This document shows, one piece after another, positions 1-9,516 of a stretch of 64,000 bases of DNA (position 1 is its first letter; each line of letters starts with the position of its first letter). Location of the stretch: IMG/VR virus record IMGVR_UViG_3300047548_001122, positions 1 to 64,000 of that record. One strand, given 5' to 3'. A program made the position numbers and the translations under genes. The notes under the pieces are model-generated. The model had not been told where the DNA came from, did no database searches, and saw only the letters and a list, made by a program, of their open reading frames with translations.

Positions 1-22
1 TGAGGCCTGCGGTTGGGTCGGT

Positions 23-241
23 ATGTTACTGATCCACGCTGCGACCCTTCCTACTAGTCTGGGTGTGATTCTGGGATATAGTGATAAACTGCCACCACTG
101 AGCATGGTTCTGATGGTCTGGAGTGGTTTGTTTCTGTTTCTGATACGTGCTCTAGGACGTAACGATAAACTGTATATTATCAGTAACGCTGTTGGTTTCT
201 TCTTCAACAGCATACTGCTTGCTTTGATTGTGATGAAATAA
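23..241 (+). CDS. small membrane protein, possibly 5'-truncated by window edge
   Basis: hydrophobic ORF; stop overlaps next ATG. Confidence 0.6.
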   Translation: MLLIHAATLPTSLGVILGYSDKLPPLSMVLMVWSGLFLFLIRALGRNDKLYIISNAVGFFFNSILLALIVMK

Positions 242-447
242 TGCGAAATTATGGAATGGATAGTGATTACGGTAACCGCGTAATCGATGGCTTAGTGATA
301 GCCGCAAAGGAACTTGGATGGACCTTTGATGAAATATTCGATTACCTGGACGATATCTCTACGGTGAATAGGCTACATTGTGCTCGGTACCATAAAGTGA
401 AGAGCAAGGTTTACAAAGCAGTTTTTGTGGAGGTTGATAATGGCTAA
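241..447 (+). CDS. hypothetical early protein
   Basis: ORF track, coupled to neighbours. Confidence 0.6.
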   Translation: MRNYGMDSDYGNRVIDGLVIAAKELGWTFDEIFDYLDDISTVNRLHCARYHKVKSKVYKAVFVEVDNG

Positions 448-670
448 TCTTGAATGGGAAATGCAGGCGTATGGTGCGCCGAAGGCTGAGATTCTGGATT
501 CTATAACGGATTCTCTGACCTTTGAACTGTCGGGACCTGGTATGGTGGTGGCCAGTTATCTATCGGATGCACAAGAGGTTTTGGAGTACAGTCCGAATAC
601 CGCGAGGCAGTATATCAATATCGCCAAAATGCTGATGATGGAATTTCAACTAGGCTTTACTCCACGATGA
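440..670 (+). CDS. hypothetical early protein
   Basis: GGAGG SD before ATG 440. Confidence 0.65.
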   Translation: MANLEWEMQAYGAPKAEILDSITDSLTFELSGPGMVVASYLSDAQEVLEYSPNTARQYINIAKMLMMEFQLGFTPR

Positions 671-978
671 GAAAAAAACGGAATGACCGAAATTATGTTC
701 TATATTCGATTTACTCTGAGAGCACTGGCGATTCTTATATTGGCCTTACTGTTGCTACCGGCCGTGCTTTTCTACGTTCCGTTAAGGTACGTGTTCAGAA
801 ACATTGGTCTAGAGCTAAACGTGAGTCTAAAGATTGGAAACTCTATAACTTTTTACGTGAGAACGAGCCAGAAGCCCTAGAGTATTGCGTCCTCGAGGTG
901 GTACGTGGTCGAAAGCCAGCCTACCAACGGGAACGAGAACTTATCAAAAAATACACACCCTCCCTCAATACTTTCTAA
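667..978 (+). CDS. GIY-YIG nuclease family protein
   Basis: YVLYSI...YIGLT, conserved Arg, ERELIKKY.PSLN. Confidence 0.75.
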   Translation: MRKKRNDRNYVLYSIYSESTGDSYIGLTVATGRAFLRSVKVRVQKHWSRAKRESKDWKLYNFLRENEPEALEYCVLEVVRGRKPAYQRERELIKKYTPSLNTF

Positions 979-1010
979 TCTGACAACCCCTGGGTTTTGT
1001 TTGCCCAGGG

Positions 1011-1060
1011 GCTTGCCATTCCTGCCAATACCTGTATACTCCATACCGTGATGAGTTGAT
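1011..1060 (+). promoter_or_regulatory. early sigma70-like promoter cassette
   Basis: TTGCCA 1013-18, 16 nt, TATACT 1035-40; preceded by CCCCTGGG/CCCAGGGG hairpin 987-1011. Confidence 0.7.
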
Positions 1061-1325
1061 TCTGAATTGGAGAAAAAAATGTTTGCGATTTTTGTAATTT
1101 TTGCGGTTTTGGTTGTCTGGGGTGTTCTGGCTCACGGTTCTGTTACTACTCTGGGTTGATATCAAAATGGAAACAATCGAAATAATCTTTGTGGTTTTGA
1201 CAATTATCATCGGTCCTTATATTGTCTGGGATGCCATTCAGGATCGAAATAATCTAAAATAATGCTTGACAAAAACCGCGGGTTACCATATAATGGCGGT
1301 GTCGAATTTGAGAGAAAAGTTACCG

Positions 1326-1541
1326 ATGTTTGATTTACAAAAATACAAGTCTCCTCCTTGGGAAACCAGCCTATACAAAGGCATTCCGATTGAGGAAATT
1401 GAAGTGGTGCGAGCCATGATGAAAGCTGAAGGAATCAATTATCGATTCCGTTTCCGTGGTCCGCGACCCTCTAGGTCTTTTCAGAGCTATATTCCTAAGT
1501 CAATGGCCAAAACCTTTGCGGTGTATGCATATGGACGTTAA
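1326..1541 (+). CDS. hypothetical early protein
   Basis: ATG after TTGACA..TATAAT promoter at about 1266-1294. Confidence 0.6.
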   Translation: MFDLQKYKSPPWETSLYKGIPIEEIEVVRAMMKAEGINYRFRFRGPRPSRSFQSYIPKSMAKTFAVYAYGR

Positions 1542-1701
1542 TACTTTTTTAAGAGACCTTGCCGATGAGGCCAGGACCAATCAGGTTGAACTACTCTATG
1601 ACCAGATGATGGAGGACATGTATGGTTCCAATCCATTTTGGGACGGTCCTGGTGATGGGTGGGACTGGAATGATGGTCTAATGTATTGGGAGAGAAAATG
1701 A
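1531..1701 (+). CDS. hypothetical acidic protein
   Basis: ORF overlapping neighbours. Confidence 0.45.
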   Translation: MDVNTFLRDLADEARTNQVELLYDQMMEDMYGSNPFWDGPGDGWDWNDGLMYWERK

Positions 1702-1898
1702 TTAGTGTTAGCGAAAATGTAAGAATCCGACATGAGGGTGACCCCTTTAATGTTGCAAATGATATAATTGTCGAAGTGTTAAGGAATGGAACCTGGGAGT
1801 TTTATGAGGGTTTCAACAGCTTGTCAAATGATTATGCTTTTACAAGTGCTCGAGAATCTGCAATCCGAGCAGAAAAAACGCTTGCCATTCCTGCCTAA
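1698..1898 (+). CDS. hypothetical early protein
   Basis: GGAG SD, ATGA overlap. Confidence 0.6.
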   Translation: MISVSENVRIRHEGDPFNVANDIIVEVLRNGTWEFYEGFNSLSNDYAFTSARESAIRAEKTLAIPA

Positions 1899-1926
1899 AC
1901 CTGTATAATGAGTCCTGTTGAGTGAG
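1880..1926 (+). promoter_or_regulatory. early promoter cassette
   Basis: TTGCCA 1882-87, 16 nt, TATAAT 1904-09, then TGTTGAGTGA. Confidence 0.75.
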
Positions 1927-2152
1927 AGAAAAAGGAAAGATTGTGAAAAAATTAACTCCGACAGCTTTATACAAAATGATAACTTCTGAGGGTACGAGTT
2001 TCCCTGAGATTCGTGATGCTGTCATTGCGACCCACGGAACCCCAAAAAACTGGGTTACTGAAGTCCGCAGCCCTCTGCAAGCTCTGATAAATGCAGGAAA
2101 AATTGTGCGCGGAGATGATGTTACAAAAGAAGTTTATTTCCGAATTGCTTAA
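1922..2152 (+). CDS. hypothetical protein (start uncertain)
   Basis: ORF between two promoter cassettes. Confidence 0.6.
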   Translation: MREKGKIVKKLTPTALYKMITSEGTSFPEIRDAVIATHGTPKNWVTEVRSPLQALINAGKIVRGDDVTKEVYFRIA

Positions 2153-2157
2153 AAAAT

Positions 2158-2205
2158 GCTTGCCTTTTTTACCAAAACCTGTATAATTGGTTTTGTTGAG
2201 TGATT
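2158..2205 (+). promoter_or_regulatory. early promoter cassette
   Basis: GCTTGCC...CCTGTATAAT...TGTTGAGTGA. Confidence 0.7.
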
Positions 2206-2219
2206 GAAAGGAAACGAAA

Positions 2220-2387
2220 ATGGCACCTGTACTGACTGTCCGTGAACTGATTGCAATATTGTCAACCTTTGATGGTGATATGCCTGTGGCGATGGGAATG
2301 AACATGGAATATTATGCGCCCGTTACCGCTGATATGGTTGGACTGTCGGGCAGTGAAGTGGTAATTGACGATTGTTTGGGACTGTGA
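2220..2387 (+). CDS. 55-aa hypothetical protein (MAPVLTVRELIAILS...)
   Basis: hand-translated; AAGGA SD. Confidence 0.6.
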   Translation: MAPVLTVRELIAILSTFDGDMPVAMGMNMEYYAPVTADMVGLSGSEVVIDDCLGL

Positions 2388-2408
2388 ACCCTTTGATTTA
2401 AGGAAAAA

Positions 2409-2723
2409 ATGATGAAAACCAAAACTCAAGTATTGCTGGCTGAAAAGCGCGAAGCCCTGAAAACCTTGCGCTATGAGATTAAGACCCTGGCCGAGAATGT
2501 CAAGGCTGACCGTGAAGCTGCGAAAAAAGCGAAGGTCGAAGCTAAGGCTCTGAAGGCTTTCGAAAAAACTCAAAAAGCGATGGCTCGCGAGATGAAAAAA
2601 GCAGAGCGTATTGCGAAGCTGGAAGCTAAACTTGCTGCGATGAAAGCACCAAAGATCGGTGCCGCGGCTCGCAAGGCTGCTAAAAAACCTGGTCCCGTGA
2701 CCGTGATTCAGATGGCTGCTTAA
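2409..2723 (+). CDS. Lys/Ala-rich basic coiled-coil protein
   Basis: AAGGA SD; composition. Confidence 0.75.
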   Translation: MMKTKTQVLLAEKREALKTLRYEIKTLAENVKADREAAKKAKVEAKALKAFEKTQKAMAREMKKAERIAKLEAKLAAMKAPKIGAAARKAAKKPGPVTVIQMAA

Positions 2724-2736
2724 CCTGGAGAACACC

Positions 2737-3060
2737 ATGAAATTACTGCTGACCACCCAAGTTTACGAGAATTATGCCTGGAATGAAGATGGCACAATTG
2801 GTACCGGTGAACAGGCCTACTGGAAGGCCAAGGGTGGTTCAGAGTACGTGGTAAAAAACTTCAAAGACCACAACCGCGTGACTGAGGTGGTGATGGCTCT
2901 CCGATCCAAGGTGGAGACGGACAATGAATACTTCCGCGAATATCTGATTGACTGGCAGGTGGTACCGAATGATTACCTCACCGAGTTCGAAAAGGATCAG
3001 CTGGCCTATGATGGTAAGATCACCTACCCCGCAACCGAATTAAAGGACGCCTGGTTATGA
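2737..3060 (+). CDS. hypothetical phage protein
   Basis: GGAG SD, 107 aa. Confidence 0.75.
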   Translation: MKLLLTTQVYENYAWNEDGTIGTGEQAYWKAKGGSEYVVKNFKDHNRVTEVVMALRSKVETDNEYFREYLIDWQVVPNDYLTEFEKDQLAYDGKITYPATELKDAWL

Positions 3061-3402
3061 GCAAGATGAAGTACCTACTGATGGACATTCTGGAACAATA
3101 TGGTGATGGCCGCAATATATCGCAAATATCTGATGATACAGGCCTACCCATGGATGTAGTGTTCAATATACTACAGCAGTATGGCGCCATGGTGGATGAT
3201 ACTACTATTGCAACACTACAATAGCTGGAACAAAATCGCTAAAAACGGCAGAGCCAAGGAGTCCTCTTGAAGCAGACTATAGTTCGTATAAGGTTCCTTA
3301 GCCTTCTTATTTTGGATCAATTTTCGAAACCCTCCAGAGAATCGCTGTAAAATTTTTTTCCGGTATCCGGCACTCTCTGGAAGTCGCATATAAAGGTAAA
3401 CT

Positions 3403-3636
3403 ATGAAAACACTGACAATCTTTGATATTTTCCCTGGCATTCAAATTATGGATTCTGAACCCGTTGAGGTACGTAATCCCTTCTCTGGTGAAACCTCTGT
3501 GTTAACCCCTGAGGAGGTCGCTGTGTATGACTATCTGAAGGGTTGTGAGATGATGGGTGATTACACTGGAGTACGTAAGGGGTTAGAGTGGTTCATGGAG
3601 AATAACTCTGAAGCTTACATGACATTACTGGATTAA
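3403..3636 (+). CDS. hypothetical protein
   Basis: AAGGT SD. Confidence 0.65.
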   Translation: MKTLTIFDIFPGIQIMDSEPVEVRNPFSGETSVLTPEEVAVYDYLKGCEMMGDYTGVRKGLEWFMENNSEAYMTLLD

Positions 3637-3638
3637 CA

Positions 3639-3860
3639 ATGCCTATACTCTCTGTACCTATTGAAGAAACCTCTGCCACCGTAGAGGTGGCACCTACTAA
3701 AGGTTCTGACTTCGATAGAATATTTCCCGAAGCCATTATCTTTGGTATTGCGTTGATGGTTGTATATTTCATCATTCGTATGTTTATTGCTTTGTTCCCT
3801 GTAATCTTGGCAGTCGGTGCGATTGGTATTGCAGGGTATTTTGGATTTAAACTACTATGA
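3639..3860 (+). CDS. small membrane protein
   Basis: two hydrophobic segments. Confidence 0.6.
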   Translation: MPILSVPIEETSATVEVAPTKGSDFDRIFPEAIIFGIALMVVYFIIRMFIALFPVILAVGAIGIAGYFGFKLL

Positions 3861-4035
3861 TACCCTTTCTGGTAAGTGTGGTAGTTTTGGTTACCATAAT
3901 TCTTTGTTTGGTGATACTCTGTTTAAGTGGTGAAGAGGAATGAGAAAATATCCGTCATACTGTTGTCAGCACTGTGGTGAACTGATAGGATGGTTAGGAC
4001 GGATCATGCCTTTCCATAAATGTAAGAGGTGAAGA

Positions 4036-4233
4036 ATGAGTAAAGAACAAATGTGGGAAGATTCCAGATTCCAACTCCTTGCTGACCTAGACCGACTATT
4101 CAATAGTAGCAAAGTGTGGGGTGGCATGGAATGGGTCTATCATCCAATCCATCCTGTCAAGTATCGACCCATGGCTGAAAAAGTCCGAGCAGAGTTAGGT
4201 AAACTGTATGAAGAATACGGAGTGAAAGAATGA
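4036..4233 (+). CDS. hypothetical protein
   Basis: GAGGTG SD. Confidence 0.6.
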   Translation: MSKEQMWEDSRFQLLADLDRLFNSSKVWGGMEWVYHPIHPVKYRPMAEKVRAELGKLYEEYGVKE

Positions 4234-4463
4234 ACGAACGAATAATAGAGTTACGGAAGAAAGCCTGGGACTTAGTTCAAACTGACCTTCAAATCAACGA
4301 ACGTGATGAACCTGTGAGTGAACGAGAACAACTTAAAATGGTATTTGATAAATTCGCCGAGTTGATTGTTCGAGAATGTGCTGAGAAAGTTGATTGGATA
4401 CTTGCCGAAGATGGTAAGACACAGGGTGATTTGATTAAAGAACATTTCGGAGTTGAAGAATGA
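4230..4463 (+). CDS. hypothetical phage protein (MNERI...KFAELIVRECA...IKEHFGVEE type)
   Basis: recognisable small phage-protein motif. Confidence 0.7.
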   Translation: MNERIIELRKKAWDLVQTDLQINERDEPVSEREQLKMVFDKFAELIVRECAEKVDWILAEDGKTQGDLIKEHFGVEE

Positions 4464-4678
4464 ATATGTTTGAACGGTGGATGATGAAACGAATCATCCG
4501 TAAAGAAATTGAAGCCTATGCACGAAAGTCTCCTGATGAGAACCCTGGCGAGCGAGTCGTTGAATTATTTCGATTGATTCGCCTACAATGGGAACAAACC
4601 TTCTATGAAGAAAATGCTGCAACCGTTGCATATAACTTAGAGTTTCCCTTTAACTTGGCTATGAGGAGAATTAAATAA
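4460..4678 (+). CDS. hypothetical protein
   Basis: ATGA overlap, GGAG SD. Confidence 0.6.
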   Translation: MNMFERWMMKRIIRKEIEAYARKSPDENPGERVVELFRLIRLQWEQTFYEENAATVAYNLEFPFNLAMRRIK

Positions 4679-4733
4679 TGTTTTGGTTTATGTTAACCTG
4701 TGTAATGATGGTGTGGATTCTAAGGAGTAAAGT

Positions 4734-4922
4734 ATGAAAGATTCTGAAGCGATAATGGTAATCATTTTTGTAGTTGCGGTACTGTTTACATTAGTGTTCG
4801 GTACTCGCCACGCAACCTTTCAAGAATCGATTCAAAATTGTATTCAGGCCAATTCTGATTGGACCGTGGCCACCGCACAAACGTATTGTAACTCTGTAAT
4901 CCGTGAGGGAAAACGTCCTTAA
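4734..4922 (+). CDS. small membrane/secreted protein
   Basis: AAGGAG SD, N-terminal hydrophobic stretch. Confidence 0.6.
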   Translation: MKDSEAIMVIIFVVAVLFTLVFGTRHATFQESIQNCIQANSDWTVATAQTYCNSVIREGKRP

Positions 4923-4975
4923 CCTAAGTAAGGGTATCGGAAACCCAGGAAAGCGCGGAAGCGCGGTTAAGTAAA

Positions 4976-5173
4976 ATGGCGATAGAAAAAATAAAAACAA
5001 TAACCGGACGACACCCTATTAAAAATTACCCATTCTCCAGAGATGGAGTTGCATATCGATGTAACCTCTGTGGCGGTATCTGGTTAAAAGAGAAAGAATC
5101 AAAGAATCACGATTGTAAACCTATAGATGATGAATATGAACCGAAAACGACAAATTCTGGAACACCTGATTAA
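4976..5173 (+). CDS. small putative zinc-binding protein
   Basis: CNLC...HDC. Confidence 0.5.
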   Translation: MAIEKIKTITGRHPIKNYPFSRDGVAYRCNLCGGIWLKEKESKNHDCKPIDDEYEPKTTNSGTPD

Positions 5174-5281
5174 CGACCTCTATGACCAATACTGGGAAAT
5201 GATTGAATTGGCCGTCGAGAGTTCAGACATGCAAGAATCAAAAGATGTGATTGACTACATTAAATCCAAAGTGAGCGAACA

Positions 5282-5674
5282 ATGAAAGTTGTAATCAATA
5301 AATGTTATGGTGGTTTTGGTTTGTCGCATGAAGGTGTGATGCGTTATGCTGAATTGAAAGGTATTACTTTGTATTACGAGAATGATGGTTTTCTTTCATC
5401 ATACTATACCATTCCTGTGGACGAATTTCGTAAACTGGATGAAGAAGCAAAAAAGACGCAAGATTTTTCTAAAATCAATTCGGTTCATTTTTGTTTTTAT
5501 GATATGCCACGTACAGATCCCGACCTAGTAAAAGTTGTGGAAGAATTAGGTGAAAAAGCTAATGGTGAATTCGCGGAACTAAAGGTCGTGGATATTCCTG
5601 ATGGTGTTGAATGGGAAATCAATGATTATGACGGAATAGAATCGGTACACGAAGTTCACCGTAGATGGGGTTAA
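5282..5674 (+). CDS. conserved phage protein (KVVINKCYGGFGLS...YDGIE type)
   Basis: recognisable motifs. Confidence 0.8.
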   Translation: MKVVINKCYGGFGLSHEGVMRYAELKGITLYYENDGFLSSYYTIPVDEFRKLDEEAKKTQDFSKINSVHFCFYDMPRTDPDLVKVVEELGEKANGEFAELKVVDIPDGVEWEINDYDGIESVHEVHRRWG

Positions 5675-5881
5675 CGTGTTCTATATCATTACTTTACTTT
5701 TAGGTTTTGTACCTATCGGCTTAATTTTTATGGGGTATAAAATTGCTGAACTGGTTCTATGATATATTTGATAACATCGAATTGCAAGAAGATATCAAAA
5801 CAAAAAGTGTTATCCCTTCGATAATAGTTATCGGAATTGCAACTATCTTAGAAGTTTCTTTTATTGCAATAATTGTAAAAG

Positions 5882-5955
5882 TGTTGTTTTTTTGATAACA
5901 AAATAACGCTTGCCTTCCTCCGTGGTTCCTGTATAATCGATCCTGTTGAGTTGAT
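5882..5955 (+). promoter_or_regulatory. early promoter cassette with degenerate upstream palindrome
   Basis: TGTTGT-N7-ATAACA, GCTTGCC, CCTGTATAAT, TGTTGAGTTGA. Confidence 0.7.
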
Positions 5956-5966
5956 AAGGACGCATT

Positions 5967-6170
5967 ATGTGGAATCTTGAAGGAATGACAATTACTGGTA
6001 AATACATGGGCGAGTTCCCAGTGGCAGGTGTTGTCGAATTGTCAAGGGTGATGTACGGTGGTGGTATTTCCCATCATGTCAATTTAGAAACACCGATTGT
6101 TGTCTTTGGTGCAACACGGGACCGTATCATTCTGGAACATGCATTTATTGAAACTGTAAAGGATAATTAA
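5967..6170 (+). CDS. hypothetical protein
   Basis: AAGGA SD. Confidence 0.7.
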   Translation: MWNLEGMTITGKYMGEFPVAGVVELSRVMYGGGISHHVNLETPIVVFGATRDRIILEHAFIETVKDN

Positions 6171-6172
6171 TC

Positions 6173-6541
6173 ATGGCTTACATGAATCAAGAAAAGAAAG
6201 CAAAAATCGCTGCTACTCTGAAACCTATTTTGAAAAAATATGGAATTAAGGGTTCGCTCTCCGTTCGTAATCATACGAGCATCGTGCTGACAATTACTTC
6301 TGGCAAGGTGGACTTTTATAAAGATTATGGCGCCGATACAAAATTCGGTATTCAAGTAAACCCATATTGGTATCAGGATCATTTTACGGGTCTATCAAAA
6401 CAGGCTTTGTCTGAAATTATTCCCGCTATGTACTCTGCTGATTATTATGATAATTCGGATGCACAAGTGGATTATTTTGATACTGCTTATTATATTAGTG
6501 TAAATATTGGTAAATGGAATAAACAATATCAGGTTGTTTAA
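6173..6541 (+). CDS. conserved hypothetical phage protein
   Basis: 122-aa ORF, AAGGA SD. Confidence 0.75.
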   Translation: MAYMNQEKKAKIAATLKPILKKYGIKGSLSVRNHTSIVLTITSGKVDFYKDYGADTKFGIQVNPYWYQDHFTGLSKQALSEIIPAMYSADYYDNSDAQVDYFDTAYYISVNIGKWNKQYQVV

Positions 6542-6723
6542 TGAAAACGTTTATTGTACAATATAAATCAGATAAAAATCTGTTTAAAGGTAAGAGAGTA
6601 ATACAAGCTTACGAATTAACAGAAGCACAAAATAAATTTTTAAACTGGCTGAAAACTCAGCCAGTTTATTCCCATATGTGGCAGTTAAATTTTGAACTTG
6701 AAGAAATACAGGAGATAAGATGA
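6541..6723 (+). CDS. hypothetical protein
   Basis: coupled ORF. Confidence 0.55.
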   Translation: MKTFIVQYKSDKNLFKGKRVIQAYELTEAQNKFLNWLKTQPVYSHMWQLNFELEEIQEIR

Positions 6724-6917
6724 ATTTTATGATTATTAATTTTGTTTTGGGTGTAGTGAATATTTTTATTGCTGGTATGAATTGCAGTATGATAATCACC
6801 AGAAAATCTGATGGTATAAAAATTGATTATAAAGATTATCTAGCAACAATTTTGCCTGTTACTATTGGTCTTTATCTTTTGGTCAGTGTTATTGGCCAAG
6901 CATCAACCAATTCTTAA
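6720..6917 (+). CDS. small two-TM protein
   Basis: AGGAG SD, hydrophobic. Confidence 0.6.
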   Translation: MNFMIINFVLGVVNIFIAGMNCSMIITRKSDGIKIDYKDYLATILPVTIGLYLLVSVIGQASTNS

Positions 6918-7101
6918 AAAAATGATTGAGCTGCGATGGCATATAATGTCAAACCCTAATGGCGAATTTCCGGTTCGGATTTTGCAATATCGCCAAGTGA
7001 TTCGTGATGTTGTGACTGGCGAAACATCCTGGACATCATGGACGGATGTTCCTGATTATAAAGAGGATTTCTCATCCTAAATAAAATCGGGAGGAATTTA
7101 T

Positions 7102-7311
7102 ATGAGTGAGTGCGACAAGGAACAGATACATGTAATTAATCGCCATCTATTTTCTATGTTGGGAAAACCTGACCTAGTTTATAAGTGGTGGGAATCACCA
7201 AACAAATATTGGGATGGTGAAACTCCCGCATCAATTTACGAAAATGGTGAAGAAGGTAAACAAGAAGTTTACAATTATGTCATGTTTCATGCATATGCAG
7301 CCGGAGGATAA
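7102..7311 (+). CDS. MbcA/ParS/Xre antitoxin C-terminal (DUF2384)-like solo domain
   Basis: KWWESPNKYWDGETP resembles W..PN....G..P motif; GGAGG SD. Confidence 0.5.
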   Translation: MSECDKEQIHVINRHLFSMLGKPDLVYKWWESPNKYWDGETPASIYENGEEGKQEVYNYVMFHAYAAGG

Positions 7312-7546
7312 TTTGATATCGATTGAAGGACTTACAAAGCGACAACAAAAATTACTTCAAATTATTTGGTCAATTGATAGTAAAGAGCAATTGTTTATGT
7401 GGGTAAGGTCTTTAAAACAAAGTGACCGAGAAATGGTTTCTTCTTTGTTGACTGTAATTAGTTTGGAAATCATGGAAGATTTTATCGATGAAGATTTTAC
7501 TGAAGCAAATGAAGTACTAACAAAGTTTAAATTATCGGAAATTTAA

Positions 7547-7885
7547 ATGGGAATGTTCGATTACATAAGATTTGATGGTCAGGAGTATCAAACCAAAGAT
7601 ACACCTAATCAACTTCTCGATTATTATGAAATAAGAGGCATGTTTTTGTATGAGGAAACGTATGATGCTAAATGGATCGATGAAAAAGATCATCTATTTG
7701 GTGGATACATGGAAAAATACAATGAAAAATGGGAAAAATGTGAAAATTTTACCGGTGAAATTCGATTTTATCGTCATTTAGACAAAGAATATAAAATTTG
7801 GGAAGAATTTTCTGCATATTTCATCAAAGGTGAACTGAAAAAACTTGTAAAATTTGAAGAAAATGAAGTAAGAGTATTTGTTTGA
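7547..7885 (+). CDS. conserved hypothetical phage protein (MGMFDYI...YQTKD)
   Basis: motif. Confidence 0.7.
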   Translation: MGMFDYIRFDGQEYQTKDTPNQLLDYYEIRGMFLYEETYDAKWIDEKDHLFGGYMEKYNEKWEKCENFTGEIRFYRHLDKEYKIWEEFSAYFIKGELKKLVKFEENEVRVFV

Positions 7886-7892
7886 GTGAAAA

Positions 7893-8045
7893 ATGAACAG
7901 GACTGAGCTAAAAATTCGAAATTTTGTCGCAAAAGACTTGCGAACGCCAAAATATTCGCTAAAACGTCAGCGTACAGCGAAGGATTTTGTTCGCTCAGTC
8001 GAAAAAAATCGCGCAAGAAAGGAAATTTTAGAAAAATATGCTTAA
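7893..8045 (+). CDS. 50-aa basic protein, ArfA-like motif
   Basis: hand-translated MNRTELKIRNFVAKDLRTPKYSLKRQRTAKDFVRSVEKNRARKEILEKYA. Confidence 0.55.
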   Translation: MNRTELKIRNFVAKDLRTPKYSLKRQRTAKDFVRSVEKNRARKEILEKYA

Positions 8046-8445
8046 TCGCAATCAAATTCCTAAAGATTACGATGGATTTTACTTTTTGCCGCCCGATAGT
8101 GAAGATGAAGAAGGTTTTATTTTTCATTTTTTTAAATTAAGAGAAGAATTAAGTGATGGTAAGCCTATTGACAACTCAAAAATGGGTGATATGTTTCACG
8201 TTTGTTTTTTTAAACGTGGTGATTCAGGAAAACCTGAATTTGACGATGCTTTTGAGGCAATTTTCATTGATCCCCTCACATATGTTAGTAAAACTTTAAT
8301 GGGTTCGGAAATATACGGATGTTTTTGCCGAAAAACTGATAAATCGGAAGAATGGTTTCAAGATTACCTCACAAGAGTAGTAAAGCCTGTTACAATGTCT
8401 AAAATGATCGATACATTGAAGAGTATCGCCGAATCTAAATCTTAA
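8038..8445 (+). CDS. hypothetical protein
   Basis: 135-aa ORF. Confidence 0.7.
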   Translation: MLNRNQIPKDYDGFYFLPPDSEDEEGFIFHFFKLREELSDGKPIDNSKMGDMFHVCFFKRGDSGKPEFDDAFEAIFIDPLTYVSKTLMGSEIYGCFCRKTDKSEEWFQDYLTRVVKPVTMSKMIDTLKSIAESKS

Positions 8446-8466
8446 TTACCTGCAAAGGATTATATT

Positions 8467-9300
8467 ATGCCGAATTGGTGCAACAATTCTATCACCGTAA
8501 AAGGTGACGTTAAATCAATTGATGAATTTGAAAATTTTCTAAACGAAAAAAATGGTAAAGAATGGTTTGACTTCATTCTGCCTTGTCCTGAAGAATTGAA
8601 AAACGCCGAAGCTTCTTTCCATAAACCATCAAATCAAGAATTGGTCGAAAAATACGGCCATTCTGATTGGTATACATGGTCGTTAGAAAAATGGGGTTGT
8701 AAATGGAATTGTGATGCTCAAGATTGGGATCGAGATGGGGATACGATTACATTTTGGTTCGATTCGCCTTGGGGTCCTCCAATTAGTCTTTACGAAGAAA
8801 TGGAAGAACATGGTTTTAATGTAGAAGCTTACTACCATGAAGAAGGTATGGCTTTTGTAGGAAAATTTACGACAGAAGATGGTGACGATAATTTCGAATA
8901 TTCTGATTTAGAATCGCTTGATGATATTCCAGAAGATATTGTTGAATATTGGGGTCTCCGTGAAATGATCGAAGATCGTATGAGTGAATGGGAATCTGAT
9001 ATGGATTGGGATTCTTCTGACGAACCCGAAGATTTTACTACAGATACCGCAAAAGATTGGATTAAAGGTCTACTGAAAGATGGTGTAGTTGAAGTGACCT
9101 TTACAAAGACTGATGGTACTGAACGAGTGATGAAATGTACTCTTAAAGATGAAGTGATTTCTGAACATTGGATTCCAAAAGAAACAGAATCACAAAGAAA
9201 ATATTCTGAAGATGCTCTACCCGTTTTTGATGTTGAATCTAAAGGTTGGCGCTCATTCCGTTGGGATTCAATTAAAGAAGTAAATTTTAGTTTGGAGTAA
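8467..9300 (+). CDS. DUF1281/YubB-like N-domain fused to WYL_2/SH3-like C-domain
   Basis: MPNWCNN, WGCKWN, FDSPWGPP; C-terminal VTFTKTDGTERVMKCTL, WRSFRWD. Confidence 0.7.
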   Translation: MPNWCNNSITVKGDVKSIDEFENFLNEKNGKEWFDFILPCPEELKNAEASFHKPSNQELVEKYGHSDWYTWSLEKWGCKWNCDAQDWDRDGDTITFWFDSPWGPPISLYEEMEEHGFNVEAYYHEEGMAFVGKFTTEDGDDNFEYSDLESLDDIPEDIVEYWGLREMIEDRMSEWESDMDWDSSDEPEDFTTDTAKDWIKGLLKDGVVEVTFTKTDGTERVMKCTLKDEVISEHWIPKETESQRKYSEDALPVFDVESKGWRSFRWDSIKEVNFSLE

Positions 9301-9306
9301 AATGTG

Positions 9307-9383
9307 GGGCCGGAAGCTTAAGTGGTATAAGCGTCCGACTCATAATCGGGTGACAGTGAGTTCGAATCTCACCCGGCCCACCA
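9307..9383 (+). tRNA. tRNA-CAT (Ile2-like or Met)
   Basis: cloverleaf, loop CT-CAT-AA, CCA. Confidence 0.9.
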
Positions 9384-9417
9384 TTAACAATATGACAACT
9401 AGTTATTGAGGTAATAA

Positions 9418-9470
9418 TGTTGTATTTGCCCAACAAACCGCTTGACAAAAAATATTTTTTACTATATACT
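9418..9470 (+). promoter_or_regulatory. sigma70 promoter with upstream TGTTG-N8-CAACA palindrome
   Basis: TTGACA 9442-47, 17 nt, TATACT 9465-70. Confidence 0.75.
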
Positions 9471-9516
9471 ACACATATATTAAATTTTGCAGTAAAAGAT
9501 TACTAAATAAAGTACT

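Noticed and set aside
3215-3400. Intergenic tract with CCAGAGA/TCTCTGG hairpin, possible origin
   Set aside because: No iterons or other support.
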